Below are positions 22,304-35,240 of a DNA stretch of 64,000 nucleotides, piece after piece. Both the position numbers and the translations under genes were made by a program. This stretch comes from Monodelphis domestica (Eukaryota), in contig NC_077230.1 in the NCBI RefSeq assembly GCF_027887165.1, positions 289,142,949 through 289,206,948 of the forward strand. Reading direction: 5' to 3'. The notes beneath the pieces were generated by a model. The model had not been told where the DNA came from, ran no database searches, and worked only from the letters and a program-made list of their open reading frames with translations. Each line of letters opens with the position of its first letter. Within the stretch, counting starts at the first letter, position 1.

Positions 22304-23057
22304 GTACAGTATTTCTATTGCTTCATATGTGCTCATAAGATAGTAGAGGTTATTTCTTGGACAAATTTTGTCAACAAATCATCTTCGTTTCTTAGGACTT
22401 TACCAATTAACAGTTGATACAAAGGGACGGCATCACCAATACTATTAATAATTATGAAGTTCAAATGTTTTATTTCTATTAGCATTTGCCACAAATTCAA
22501 CAATTGTGCTGGAACTTCCTATCTCACTCCCTACTCATTTCACATGTACGGTACAGGACTTTGATGACTCCTGAATAGTTAGGAAAACTAGCATGAGGTT
22601 TAGTGATAACCACAGCCCATTAGGAGGGGGATTAGGTCAAATGGACTGGAAAGAAAATTACTTAGAGAAGTCAGAACATCTTGATTATTCTGGATTATTT
22701 ATAGGCATGTTTGTAATGGTTAGAGTTAGGGATGGGCCTACATTTTCATCAGCAGAGAGAACTCCCCCTGTCATTGTAGGTCAGCATCTTCTTTGCCACT
22801 TAAGAGTCTTAGAGAAATTCTGAGTGCCCTGAGAGGTCAGGTGACTTGCCTGAGGTTACATAAACAGCAAGTGTTAGAAGTAGAACTTCAGGTCTTCCTG
22901 AGTCTAATCACTATGTAATGCTGCCCATTATAACCACTATAAAATGGCTGTTCATTTTCAAACTGATTAAGACTTTTCATTTAATTAAGTACTTGGAAAA
23001 ATTTCATTATCCTCTCTCAATTCCTCAGTTTTTCAAGATATCATTTATTTAGAAATA

Positions 23058-23286
23058 GTAGCAGTTGCAACTCTTCATGACTCCGTTTGGGGTTTTCTTG
23101 GCAAAGATACTAGAGGGGTTTGCCATTTCCTTTTCCAGCTCATTTTACAGATGAGGAACCGAGACAAAGAGGGTGGAGTGACTTGTCCAGGGTCACACAG
23201 CTAGTAAGTATCTGAGATCAACTTTGAACTCAGATCTTCCTGAGTCCAGGTCCAGTGCTCTATCAACTGAGCCACCTAGCTGCCTC
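23058..23286 (-). mobile_element. Family-B SINE (antisense)
   Basis: ...cttggcaaagatactagaggggtttgccatttccttttccagctcattttacagatgaggaa...gacttgtccagggtcacacagctagtaagtatctgagatc...tcaactgagccacctagctgcctc. Confidence 0.8.
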
Positions 23287-25149
23287 TAATAGTAACAAGT
23301 TATACTAGAAAACACAGCAGGAAAAACTTTGCCCCTTGGCTTATTTTCCTCTGGTCTTTGGGAAAAGTTCTGCTTTAGGCATCATCCTACAGCCCAGAGA
23401 ACAGTTGTCCCATATGAGCTGATTTCACTGTTCCATTCAGAGCAAAAGTTCAAAAGTCTGGAACCCAAAGAGTGACTGAAAAAGGTTTAAATGGTGGCTA
23501 ACAATTAGAATTCTGAGCAACTAAGGATAATTTGAAGTTTACTACCTAAATTAATACTTTAAAACCATTGAGGAAGTCTGCCTCTCAGCCCTTTGTCTAC
23601 ACAGCTTTCTTGTTTTTCTTTTTGCCTCTGTTTTTAGGAACTTTTTATTTCTGTTTCTCACAAGGGAATTCAGTGTTGGGAAGGTGTTATCACTTACATG
23701 CTTTTTCTACTACCTTTCCAGTTATTTATAAATAAATTTCCAATGAATAAAAGATAAACACACATATTTAATAAAGAGAATAATTTATCTAAACTTTAGC
23801 ATTTCATAGAATGACTAGTTAAAGGAAAAAAGGGAAAAAGAGAATGAAGGAAAATATGTGCATTTTTATTTTATTTAACAACATCTAAAAAAACAAAGAG
23901 CGCAATTCCAATCTTAGAATCTCAAAAACTTCTGAAACTTATTTCAGATGAGGGTATATATTATGACTTTATTTCTTGGCTTAAAGTTGTACCAACATTA
24001 GCAAGAATAATTTCTAAAGGACTTGGGTACATTTTTTCCAGGATACATTTTGATTTATTTAAATGAGAAAAATAATTAGAATACATTAATATCTCAGTAG
24101 GTTTGTGGTCTCATCTGAGTGGGTAAAGAGCAGATGTCCAACCATCCTGCATTCCTTTCATGTGCATTTCTTGTCTGTGTCCTATAAATCTTCCATGGAG
24201 TCCATCTAACATGCCAAAGCCTTCTGGGTTTTTTCCATCTCTTTTGTAACATAACCAGGAACCTCCTTTTCCTACTATACACCTAATTACTGATGTCTTT
24301 TATGTTCCTTTTAGTCTGCAGTTCATTGCTGAAAATAAATTAGAGCCTTTTGACACCCATCCGCATCTTTCCACTGCCATTTGGATGATCATAATTTTGA
24401 TTCTTCAAAATTAGTTATAGTAGCCCATGATCTGGTAAAACATCACTGGAAGAATACTTGCATGAAAATAGGGCTTTTTTTGTTTCAGGATAAAACTTGG
24501 GTTTGTTTAAAGTGCTACATAATTTCTCAAATGCTACCTCCTTTCACTTCTTGGACAGTCAGTCATTCATTATCCATCAGTGACTATCTGAGTTATATAT
24601 ACTGACAGCCTAACTCTTTCTGCTGAATATGCAGCTATGTATTACAGTCTGAACAAGAGGCATCCTTCATCTACTTGATTTTCCTATTCTGGTTGATTAA
24701 ACTTAACTTTTTTGAATGATTATTGGTATCATTTAAGAGGTTTAAGGCATATTGCAAATACCATGGGGGTGATTGAGGAATCTCCTGAAATTATTTCCTG
24801 TGGAGTTCAGCATGAGCTTTAGTGCCTTGCTGTGGGACCTGTTTTCATCCCTTGCTGAAAGTCATGTTCCTTATGGAGATGTTACAAGTAGCTCCTGATT
24901 GATTACCAGTAACAAGAAGTGCACTGAAGATGACTTGCTACAGAGTCCAGAGGTACCATCCACTTAGTGAGCTAAAAAAATTGTTGGGGAGAACCAGCCC
25001 CACTTCTTTCTAAGACTCTTCCAGTACTTCCTCTCTGTTGGACTTTCATTCATCTACTATTCCTTTCCTCTGGGGCAATGGTGACTAGAATTTTATGGCA
25101 CCAAGAATATATGCTGGCCAAAGTGAGCCTAAGGACTTGGCCACCATCT

Positions 25150-25380
25150 TCTGCTTTCTATTTCCCTCCTTCCCTCCCTCCCCCTCCCTCCTTCTCTCTT
25201 TCCCTCCCTCTGTCCTTCCCTCCCTCCTCCCCTTTCCTCTTCCCCCCTTCCCTTCCTCTTTCCCTCCTTCCTTCTCTCCTTCTTTCCTTCCCTCTTTTCC
25301 TCTGTCCTTCCCTCCCTCCCTCTTTCTCTCCTTCCTTCCTTCTTTCTTTCCTTCCTTCCTTCTTTCATTTCCCTTGTCAT
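25150..25380 (+). repeat. Polypyrimidine compound microsatellite (TCCC/TTCC/CTTT)n, ~230 bp, sitting at the tail of an antisense SINE
   Basis: tccctccttccctccctccccctccctccttctctctttccctccc...ttccttccttctttctttccttccttccttc. Confidence 0.9.
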
Positions 25381-25500
25381 CTGTCTTAGAATCAATACTG
25401 TGCATTGGTTCCAAGGCAGAAGAGCAGTAAGGGCTAGGCAAGTGAGGTTAAATGACTTGCCCAGAGTCACATAGCTAGGAAGGGTCTGAGGGAAGATTGG
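25381..25500 (-). mobile_element. tRNA-derived SINE family A (antisense, head-truncated); its tail has expanded into the upstream microsatellite
   Basis: gtcttagaatcaatactgtgcattggttccaaggcagaagagcagtaagggctaggcaagtgaggttaaatgacttgcccagagtcacatagctaggaagggtctgagg. Confidence 0.75.
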
Positions 25501-26487
25501 AATGCTTTTTGTTTTCTTCTTTATAGGTTAACTTCTCTCAATTTAAAACTGTATATTTATAGCCTTAAACAAGAGTCATTGTAAATGCTCATGTATCTTA
25601 GCAGTTACAAATGGTATAAAATTACAGATAATAATTAAAAGTAACAATTATAAGCTGAAATGGCTGGAGCTAGGGAGTTGCAGTCTTCCATTCCCTTCCA
25701 CTCCCTTCTTTTCCTCTCCACTATTAGGAGGAAGAAAGAGTAAGAAAAATAGTCAGGCAAAAATAATCCCAGTCACACACCTCCCCATCTCATTTGCATC
25801 TGGTTAGCATCTGGGTCTCAGGTGATTAGCTGATCACTCTTTTACTCTGCTCATAGCTAAGCATCAGATGTTACCAACCTACATTATTCTGCTCCCCATT
25901 CATATGTCCTGGCCATCATGGAGTTAGGCCACATGGAATTCCAAAACTGGATTTCTTCCTCTTTCTTCATATTATATAGACCCCTGACTTCTCCTTTGAA
26001 GGACGTTACCCTCCAAAGTCAAAGGCACTAGAAACTGGATAGAACTTGGGCTCTTTTGTATGCCCACAGTTACTGTTCCCTAAGACACTCTAACAAACAG
26101 TAACAATGCCTCTAGGGGAGGGGTTATACATTCAATAATGTTATCTACAAATAGGGAGATGCTGAGGGCCCCTCCATCTAAAGGGAATTCGACTTCTATT
26201 TGGATTCCATGTTAGATGCCTTACCTCGGAGAGCATACTCAATTTTGTGCTGGCTTATTGTTAATAGTCAGAAGGGGTCCAACAGTACTTTCTGTTCTTA
26301 TGGTAATCAAGGTATCTTTTATTATGTTACAAGGGTTTCTCCACATGTTAGAAGAGATCATTTAAGACAGCATTTTTCTCTACTGACTCAAAATTTTTTT
26401 TAATGATCACAAAAAAATAAGCACATTTGGAATTCAAATTCTTTGAACATTTCAGTCAATTTTGTGACCATAAAGATATGACCTGTT

Positions 26488-26540
26488 TAATTGGCCTTAT
26501 TATAATAATATAATATAATAATAATAATATAATAAGTGAG
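26488..26540 (+). repeat. (TAATA/ATAAT)n AT-rich microsatellite
   Basis: tataataatataatataataataataatataataag. Confidence 0.8.
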
Positions 26541-27194
26541 ATATTCCGCTTACTTAACTTTTCTAGATTTTATCTGAAACACCCCTTTAAATATCAAAAA
26601 TGTTCAATTTTAGACATGATAGATTTCCTTTTGAAATATACTAAGTATTTATCTGACTTAAACTGTACTTTGAATATAATTTAATATTTTCTCAAGATTA
26701 TTGTGAATATCAACTAATATGCTGTACTGTTGATAACCTTGGAATTATTGAAGCATATAATGATGTGTGCCCCTATGAAATCATAGTCTGCTTTAAATTC
26801 TAGACTGCTCTGCCTTATGAATTCCTAGGTCTGCTTTTTGTGGCTTTTCTGCCTTCTTACTTTGCCAGTTGTCATTTCTTGCTTTTTATTGGTATCACAG
26901 TATCAAGGAATAGTCTTTTTCTCTTCCTTTATTCGCTTGTAATTGTTGCTTTTAATCTGCCCACAATTGGAAAACCTAATAACCAAATTTGTTAGAACTG
27001 TATGTGAAACAAAAATAAATAAGTATGACCTCTAAAACATGGACTTTGAAATTCATTTTTGTTATTCAAAGAATTTTTTTCTAACCTCATAATTTTTGAT
27101 GTTACAAATAGTTGAGATTCCTGGATAAGTAAGTAACTGCTAGATAAATAAGGTACTCTTATTTTAACACTTTCATATGTACTGTAATTCACAG

Positions 27195-27347
27195 ACTAAA
27201 AGACATTTATCCAGAAAAAATACATCTGAAGAAGCAAGTGAATACTTTGAGAATTACATTGAAGAATTGAAGAAACAAGGATTTCTGCCATCAGAAAATT
27301 TTCCACCTGAAGCAAACCTAAAACTAGCATCTGAGAAGTTACAAGCA
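27195..27347 (+). CDS. PARP4: PARP4 exon: TKRHLSRKNTSEEASEYFENYIEELKKQGFLPSENFPPEANLKLASEKLQA
   Basis: Matches human TRRQFAIKKTSEDASEYFENYIEELKKQGFLLREHFTPEATQLASEQLQA; acceptor attcacag|act, donor gca|gtgaga. Confidence 0.9.
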
Positions 27348-27898
27348 GTGAGACTGATTTATTTTTTGTCTTTGTTCACACCACAAATCATTTATGTTCT
27401 TATTTTAATATTAAGAGAAAAGATGTTTTGTTTAAAAAAATGAGAGAATACAAAGGAATTGTAAAAGTAGAAGAAAACCCCATAGAAATAAGAGTTTATT
27501 GATCTTGATTAAAGCCATAAAAAAGCTATAAACAGCAGACCCTAATTAGTTTTAAATAATTTAATTATCTTCTATAAGATGTGTCAGGATATGTCTTTTT
27601 AGGCCAGAGTACCATTAATTTAACAAAGATGTGCCCATAAGAATTAATAAAGGACTGAAAAAACAGCAAACCTAAGGAAAAGAAAAGGAAGAAGAGAGAA
27701 CTAGAGAAAGCATCTGGAAATAAGGAAAGAGTGAGAAAATAAAAATTCCTACATGATGGAGAGTCATAGAATGCCAAGAATAGCATGTTACCTCTCCCTA
27801 CTCTAGAACGTAATAATGATTTCTCTTCACTTCCTTCTCATTCTCAGGTTGGTTTTCAATATGTTCACTTTTGTAACTTGAGTGTTTTTTGGTTCCAG

Positions 27899-28036
27899 TT
27901 GTTGTTGGAGGATGTTTTAGGTAGAGATAATGTAAGTGAAGATGTGAGTACCTTAGTGGAGTTGATTTGGATGGAAGCTCTTGGCCATCTGAAAAACATT
28001 CTTCTCAGACCAGAAAACAGCATCAGCCTAAATGAT
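27899..28036 (+). CDS. PARP4: PARP4 exon: LLLEDVLGRDNVSEDVSTLVELIWMEALGHLKNILLRPENSISLND
   Basis: Matches human LLLEEVMNSSTLSQEVSDLVEMIWAEALGHLEHMLLKPVNRISLND; acceptor ggttccag|ttg, donor gat|gtaagt. Confidence 0.9.
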
Positions 28037-29312
28037 GTAAGTCAATGATTTTGGAAAATATGAACTACCAAAAAATGTCTTGTCTGTTGTTTTTTTTTCA
28101 AAATAGCAACTTAAGAAATAAGAATTAGATTCAGTTGTAATGTATACTGACTGAAATAAAATTCTGCCTGTGATTTAGAAAAGCAAGTTGAGTTGTCAAG
28201 TCAATATTATGGTGAGGGTTCTATATTTGAACTAGTTTGAGAGGTAGAGACAATATTTATTAATATTATATTTAATAAGCTATGGAAACATTGATACTAC
28301 CATTAATAGCACAGCACCATATATTGCCAGGGGCCATTTTTCATGTGAAAGAAAAGAAAAAAATTTCTTAGGCATTCTATGACTGTCAGTTATTAAATAT
28401 GCAAATGATATTGAATTAGTAGTTTGGTGGTCAGGAAGGACCCCTATAGCTTTGTTGAACTCCAGTTTGTTACTCTAATTTAATAGATATGGCCAGTTTA
28501 TTCAGTAGAGATGAGACTTTAGAGAAACTGGCTTATTGTGTGGAGACTCAAAAAAGTCTGATTTGTACTAGAAAGTTAGTTTAGTATTTTCTAACATCTC
28601 TTACCAATAGAAAAAAAAATTAATGATGATTATTATATCTTGAACTTTTTGAAAATAAATTTACTATAATAACAACTATAGTTATATGAATAATAATTTT
28701 TAATTTTATATTTCTCTATTGTATTCTGTTATTTTATCATGTTAGGATTATAAAATGAATTTGGCTGAATTTCCCTGTAATTTTATGTTAGAAACCACAT
28801 CAGTATCTGGGGATCAAGGATAGCAACTCTCTTTTTAGTGACAGTGTTACTATTTATCACAAAGTACAAAAAAGATAAAATTTTACCCTCAGTACAGTTA
28901 AATCCATGGTATAGCAAGGCACTGTATTGCTCTTACTTTTTTTTATTCTTATGTCCTGAGCTTTTTCTATTTTGAAAGGAAAATAGTTTACTATTAGAAA
29001 ATAGTACACTTCAAAAAACTTAGGTTCAATGACTCTACTAATGTGCTGTTGATACCTCTTAATAGTAGAGGATAAGCCCATGTTCTCAAAGGCTGTTGAC
29101 AGCAGGGCAGAAGTGCTGAGATACTATTTAGGTGAAAAGGCTTCGAGTACATACCTGGAAATGGACTTCCATGATTGTCACTCAAGGATCAACCTAGCTA
29201 AAACTAAAGTGGATCACTCTCCTATAGGACCAGCCACCAGGAGATGGTTTTATTTTGACCACATACATAAAACTGTCTAAGGCAGAGATTCTTAATGTGG
29301 GGTCCATGAACT

Positions 29313-29455
29313 TTTTTTTTAATTCTTACCTTTTGTCTCAGAATCAATCCCAAGTATTGGTTCCAAGGCATATGGGTGGTAAAGGCTAAGCAATTGAGGT
29401 CAAGTGACTTATCCACATCAAGAAAGTAGCCACCTAGTCACCCCAGGTCAAGAAC
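29313..29455 (-). mobile_element. tRNA-derived SINE family A (antisense, partial)
   Basis: tttttttttaattcttaccttttgtctcagaatcaatcccaagtattggttccaaggcatatgggtggtaaaggctaagcaattgaggtcaagtgacttatcc. Confidence 0.7.
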
Positions 29456-30806
29456 TTAAAAAAAATAGTTGGTATTTCAGTATAATTGGTTTCTTTTATA
29501 ATGCTTATGTGTTTTATTTTATTCATTTCAAAGAGTTTTTATGAGAAGGGCTCTATAAGCTTCACCAGTGTCCCAGAGGGGTCTGGGACATAAAAAAGAA
29601 TAAGAACTCTTAGACTAAGACCATGAAGCCATGACATCCTTGCTGGAGGGGGCTTCTCTGTTCCCCCTCTTCACAGTGCCTGAGGACAATTTTCACATGC
29701 CCCATCCCCTCTGTCCAGCAGCCCAATTCAAGCACTTCTGCACTCTGCTCTCTGGGGTAATGGGGAATGGGGGACCCACAGGTGGCTTGAGGGTATAGTT
29801 TGGGCACAAAATCTCTAAAAGGTTCACCAATGCTGGACTAAGGTATTTGGGAGTAGTTTTATAGTTGTACTTATTCACTTAATTCTGACATCTTCCTACA
29901 TTTATTTTGTGAGAGAGAAACCTCCCCGCCCCCTTATATGAGGATTAGATTTTAATGTTAGCAGTAGTCTTGAGATAATCATAATTGTAATTCCAAGATA
30001 GCTAAATAATGTTAGCATAAGTGATGATTTTAGTAGGCTTTTTGTGAATATTCTAGTATAAATATAAAGGTTTTAAATTAAATAACTGCTTTCAGCATGG
30101 GCCCTAGTATCAGTCCCACCCTTCAAAGTTGATATATCATTCACCCTAACTCGTGATCCAGGATGTGTTATTAGGCCTGGCTCAGAGTTTAGACTTAGGT
30201 ACTATCCATCACCATCCACTCTTATCTTGCATGTCACTAGCCCAGGAATATCTGCTCCCCCTGATATCCATCAAGTAACTCTTTAAGTCATGGTCAAATG
30301 ATTTCTTTTACCAAATAAGGAGTGCTTCCTAGTTGACCTAACCAGTGAACATTGCTTCTGGGTGTCTCTATTCTCAGAGGGGTATGACTATTTTCTTGTA
30401 CTGTTTTTGTACTGACATAAAAATTTGTCTGATTCTTTGGGGGTATTAAAGAAGGTCTCTTACAGTGCTCAGGATCCTTCTGATCTTGGCCAGAGATCCA
30501 GCTTTGTTGTGGGATCAGTGCCCCCCCCCCCAGAAAACTATCATTTTTTATGGCTTAGAGACTTTGTTTATCATTTGTGTACCCGTGTTTAGAAAAATTA
30601 TGCAACAATTTGAAAAACAATTCTCCCAAAGGTTAAGTAATACTTATCAAAAAATTGGTATCTTCTTTTTTCTAATCTTTGTCCAATTTTTTGAAGAATC
30701 CTGTTCCTTTCATCTTTAGAATGAATAGTTACAATGTAGCAACCAAAGATTGGATTTTTGTGCTCTGTTTCTCAAGGTTTTATTTTAATGATATTCTGTG
30801 TTAAAG

Positions 30807-30977
30807 GTGAGCAAAGCTGAGGGCATTTTGCTTCAAGTTAAGGCAGCATTGAACAAGGGAGCAACAACAGAAGAGTTGAAAAAAATGATGTCAAAATTCT
30901 ACCAACTTATACCTCACAGAAGAATGGAAGATGAAGTTAACCAAAGCCTATTATCTAAGAAAGAAGATCTCTGCCAG
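30807..30977 (+). CDS. PARP4: PARP4 exon: VSKAEGILLQVKAALNKGATTEELKKMMSKFYQLIPHRRMEDEVNQSLLSKKEDLCQ
   Basis: Matches human VSKAEGILLLVKAALKNGETAEQLQKMMTEFYRLIPHKGTMPKEVNLGLLAKKADLCQ; acceptor ttaaag|gtg, donor cag|gtattt. Confidence 0.9.
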
Positions 30978-31171
30978 GTATTTCTTTGAAATTCATAGTT
31001 ACATTGAAATGTTAAAAAATACTTCTATGAAGACTTTTAGAAACTTTGACAAATTGATGTTTAAGTCCCTTAGATTGGATTTTTAAAAGTCTCTTTAAAA
31101 GTATGTTGATGTGGTAACTTAAATGCAGAAATATATATGGTAAAGACTCTATGTTTAAAAAAAAAATGGAA

Positions 31172-31290
31172 AGGCAGTGTTGTGTAATGGATAGAGAATT
31201 GGCCTTATAGTCCAAAAGATTTGGGTCACAACCCTGCCTCTGATGCATATGGGACTGCATGACAACTTCTCCTATCTCTAGGTAAGCCTT
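31172..31290 (+). mobile_element. tRNA-like SINE head fragment
   Basis: ggcagtgttgtgtaatggatagagaattggccttatagtccaaaagatttgggtcacaaccctgcctctgatgcatat. Confidence 0.5.
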
Positions 31291-32002
31291 GAATATTAAC
31301 ACAGCAGGAAAAGGACACTATAGATAAGATGCAGTTAGAGGAAGCTCAGTGAGGTCCCTACCACATCATGCTTTCCAAGAAACACCTATGTCTATTGTGA
31401 CATATTTTTAGGATCATCAGATTTAGGAATGAACATCCTAAAGTTTTGGCTTATCTTTGTGGAATCTGAACTTGGAACTTTGAATGAACCATTGTGATGC
31501 TCATCAGCTGTGCTAATGAGATAAGTTGAATTGCAAATAAAAGCAGAAGCTAGGGAGCCCCTAAATCAGAGAAGCTTCAAGGCTCCTTCCAAAATCTGTC
31601 TCTATGTGTCTTTCTGTGCCTTTTTTTCCTTTTCTCTCTCTTTTCCATATTGTCCACAGGCTTCTCTTACAGATTAAGAACTCTGGTCTTTTTATGGTAA
31701 CATTATATGTTACCAAAATTGGTGATTATCCAATGAGCCTTATCAATGCCTTGAACCGGCCTCTCTGTAGAGCTCAGTATTAAGTGATTTCCTAAATCCT
31801 AATTTTATTCTCAAATATCCATTCGATCCAATAGACAAACATTTATGAAGAGCATAGTGTTTTGCACATAGTATGAAAAGTACTATAGAGAACATAAAGA
31901 TGAATAAGGCCTTTTTTTTTTTGACCCCTGTGCTCAAAAGTTTGCAGTCTCATAGAATAGAGAAATTGTCCAATGAATGTCAGGCTATAAAAGAGAAGAA
32001 AG

Positions 32003-32240
32003 GGCAGCTAGGTGGCACAATGGAAAGAGCACTGAGCTTGGAATGAGGAAGGCTCATCTTCATGAGTTCAAATCTGGCCTCATCTACTTACTAGCTATGT
32101 GACCCTGGGCAAGTCACTTAACTTCTCGCCTCAATTCCTCATCTGAAAAATGAGCTGGAGAAGGAATAGCAAAACCACTCCAGTGTCTTTTCCAAGAAAA
32201 CCCCAAAGTAGGTCATTAAGAATCAGATACACCTGGAATA
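32003..32240 (+). mobile_element. Family-B SINE (full length)
   Basis: gggcagctaggtggcacaatggaaagagcactgagcttggaatgaggaaggctcatcttcatgagttcaaatctggcctcatc...ctcatctgaaaaatgagctggagaaggaatagcaaaaccactccagtgtcttttccaagaaaaccccaaag. Confidence 0.85.
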
Positions 32241-33117
32241 GCTGTAGACCAAGAACAATAAGAATACAGTAGGAATTCAGAGGAGGAAAAAGTTAATTCC
32301 AGCTGGATAAGGGAAGGCAGCGTTCACAGTGGGTCTTTTGAAGGGTGGTGACAGGTTCTATTCAAAGTGACCAAGTGACTTGAATGATTTGCTAGTCACC
32401 CTAAAAGTCCTCTTCCCCTTGACTTACAAATTCCCAATTGCAAATTCAGGTAATGCTCACCATCCGCTTTCTCCATTTGTTCAGAGTTTGAACATTCATG
32501 CAAATTTGCTCATAAAATAACAGGTATTCCATAGAGTATATTGAAAGGGCTAGCTGAGGTACTGCATAGTCAGTTCAGGATTAGGGCCAAGCTGAATAGA
32601 TGTGAGAATTGGAGGAAATACAGTTCTCTTTTGGTTACTTGGGAAAAACAGATCAAAGAGGCAGAACGTTAAGAGATGAGCCTGAGAGACCTACCAGCCC
32701 TGGGTACAGGTGATAGGGAACCAGAAGGGCAATGGTGAGTACAAGGTTTTCTTATTGAAAATTTTTGTCCTATAAATTTCTACCAAGTAACATTTGAAAA
32801 GTTGATGAGTTGGTGTGCCCCGCTCTTAACTTCCTCAGCTGCTGAACCTGAGTAACTAAAAGAAGCAGCCTCTGCGGGGTGGAGTGGGGAAAGTCTGGGG
32901 AATCAAATCCCTTCAAAGGGATGGCCCAGGTTTGGGACCTCAGTTTTCTCAGTAAAATGGCAGAAACCACAGCTTCTGATAATAGTATGCAAGTTGGATA
33001 GGTTACATGTAGCAAGTTCATCAATAATCATAAATACATGATTCAATACTGTGCTGTCACTGGACAATGAAATGATATGAAAAGCAATAGGGTATAGTTT
33101 AAAGCATCCTATTTTCA

Positions 33118-33240
33118 AAAAACATTTATTAAGCACTTACTGTATGCCAGGCCCTATTAAGTTCTCAGAATACAAATATAAGCAGAAAGGCAGTCCTTGT
33201 CTTCAAGGAATTTCTATTTTAATAGGAAAGTTGAAATTTA
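33118..33240 (+). mobile_element. MIR-like fragment
   Basis: catttattaagcacttactgtatgccaggccctattaagttctcagaatacaaatataagcagaaaggcagtccttgtcttcaaggaatttctattttaatagg. Confidence 0.55.
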
Positions 33241-33246
33241 GTTATT

Positions 33247-33450
33247 TCAGTCGTGTCCAACTCTTTGTGACCCCATTTGAGGGTCTTCTTGGCAAAGATA
33301 CTAGAGTGGTTTGCCATTTCCTTCTCCAGCTTATTTTTATATATGAGGAAACTAAGACAAACAGGGTTAAGTGACTTACCCAGGGTCATAAGTTAGTATC
33401 TGAGACCAGATATGAAATTGCTTTGTCCACTGTGCCACCTAGCTGCCTCT
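33247..33450 (-). mobile_element. Family-B SINE (antisense)
   Basis: ttcagtcgtgtccaactctttgtgaccccatttgagggtcttcttggcaaagatactagagtggtttgccatttccttctccagc...ccactgtgccacctagctgcctc. Confidence 0.85.
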
Positions 33451-33939
33451 AATAGGGAAGACAACATAAAAGAGTAGGAAGGAGATAAAGATTCCCAATC
33501 AGCATGGCAAAGAAGGTCCAGTACACTTGAAGAGAGCCTAGAGAAGAATAAAAGTCTAGCTGGAAAATGAAGGTCCCAAAAGGAACCAGCCTGACAGCGA
33601 GAGAAACTGCAGAGAGAAGGTATTTCTAATGAAAGAAGTAGTCAAGAAATAGAATAAACTTGCAGGGTAAAGATATTTTTATGGCAGGGAATCAATGATC
33701 CTAGGATCTAAAAGAGTTAGCCTCATTATGCTGACAGCAAGAAATATTGATATTTTTCTTTTTTTAATATTGATATTTTTCAAGCAAAGTTTTTCTTTTT
33801 AAAAGTTGTGTATTTTTCTCATCCTAATGAGAAAACTGAAGGTATGTTTTATTGACATGCACATATATACACATATGTACATAAAATATAGTGACTTGAC
33901 ATGTGATCATTTTAGTCTTTTTGCTATTTCTTTCTATAG

Positions 33940-34100
33940 CTTATAAGAGATGTGGTTAATGTGAATGAAGCAAATCTTTCAAGACCTAACCCACCTTCTT
34001 TTGCCAAATATCGAGCTCTGAGATGCAAAATTGAGCACATTGATGAAAATACTAGAGAATTTTACAATGTTAAAGAAGAGGTATTACAAAAAAATTATGG
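33940..34100 (+). CDS. PARP4: PARP4 exon: LIRDVVNVNEANLSRPNPPSFAKYRALRCKIEHIDENTREFYNVKEEVLQKNY(G)
   Basis: Matches human LIRDMVNVCETNLSKPNPPSLAKYRALRCKIEHVEQNTEEFLRVRKEVLQNHH; acceptor ttctatag|ctt, donor tatgg|gtaagc; ends phase 2. Confidence 0.9.
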
Positions 34101-34899
34101 GTAAGCAAAAGAATAAGTTTTTTGCATTGTGTAATTACATAATAGTGTATCAGATACAATGTAAAAGCGTCATACTACCAGAACTGGTAATAGGTAATCT
34201 CAATTAAATCCTGACTCAGTCTACTGTTGCAATTCAATTTCTTTCTTTTCTGTTAGCAGCAAATTCTCTGAATTTTTGTGCTTGATCTCCTACCTTATTA
34301 CCTCACGTTTTCATTTTTGCCATAATCACATCTTTTTGATATGTTTGATATTACATTTCTGTTACTAATCATTAATCTCTTTGCTATTGAATGATTGAAA
34401 AATCAGGATTAAAAACAAAGAAAAAAGTATGGGGCTGCAATTTGGATTTGGAATTAATTTCCTTTTTTAAATGTGGCATGAAAAAATTATAACTGTAAGC
34501 TTGGCAAAAATACATCTGGAAAAATCCTGGCCTTCTGTGCTATGCATTGTGCTTTATCTTGTCATTCTCTAGTTTTATGATGTATATATATGGTGCTGTG
34601 GAAAAGAGGGAAGGATTTGGGAGTCAGATGACCTTGGTTTCAATGTTAGCTGTGCTAATTATTGCTTGTGTGAGCTTGGGAAAGTCTCTGTAGTCTATCC
34701 TATGATCTTTACAATTATCTTTGCAAGAAACTTTGGATTCTTTTAATGAGGCCACACTGTAGATTTAGGGAAAGTATTCACTTTTTTGCTACATATACGC
34801 TATCTAACCATGAGCATGAGATGTTTTTTATTTATTTTTATTTTTCAGTTTTTATTTATTCAGTTCCTCAATACAAGTCTCTTAAATGTCATACTTTTT

Positions 34900-35240
34900 A
34901 AAATCAATTAATTTTTCCAATTACATGTAGAAACAATTTTTGACAATTGTTTTCTGACATTTTAGGATTCAGATTTTTCCCTCTCCCTCACTTCCCCACT
35001 TCACCAAGACCTTAAGTAGTCCCATATAGGTTATACCAGGGCTTTCATGCAATACATATTTCCATATTGCTCATGTTGTGATAGAAGACACACATCACAC
35101 ATGTAATAAAACATTCATTAAGGAAATAAAGTGGGAGATGGTATGCTTTGATGTACAATCAAACTCAAAATTTCCTTCTTTGGCTGTGGATAGTATTTTT
35201 TTTTCATCATGGGTAATGTCACAATAAATTAATTCTCAGA
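34900..35240 (-). mobile_element. L1 3' terminus fragment (antisense)
   Basis: atttttccaattacatgtagaaacaatttttgacaattg...cagatttttccctctccctcacttcc...gatagaagacacacatcac...tggctgtggatagtattttttt parallels 9963-10600. Confidence 0.65.

Noticed and set aside
25078-25470. Four overlapping 100-118 aa ORFs on both strands (proteins rich in P/S/L/F on one strand and K/E/G/R on the other)
   Set aside because: They lie entirely within the (TCCC/TTCC)n microsatellite. They are low-complexity translation artefacts with no start context or homology.
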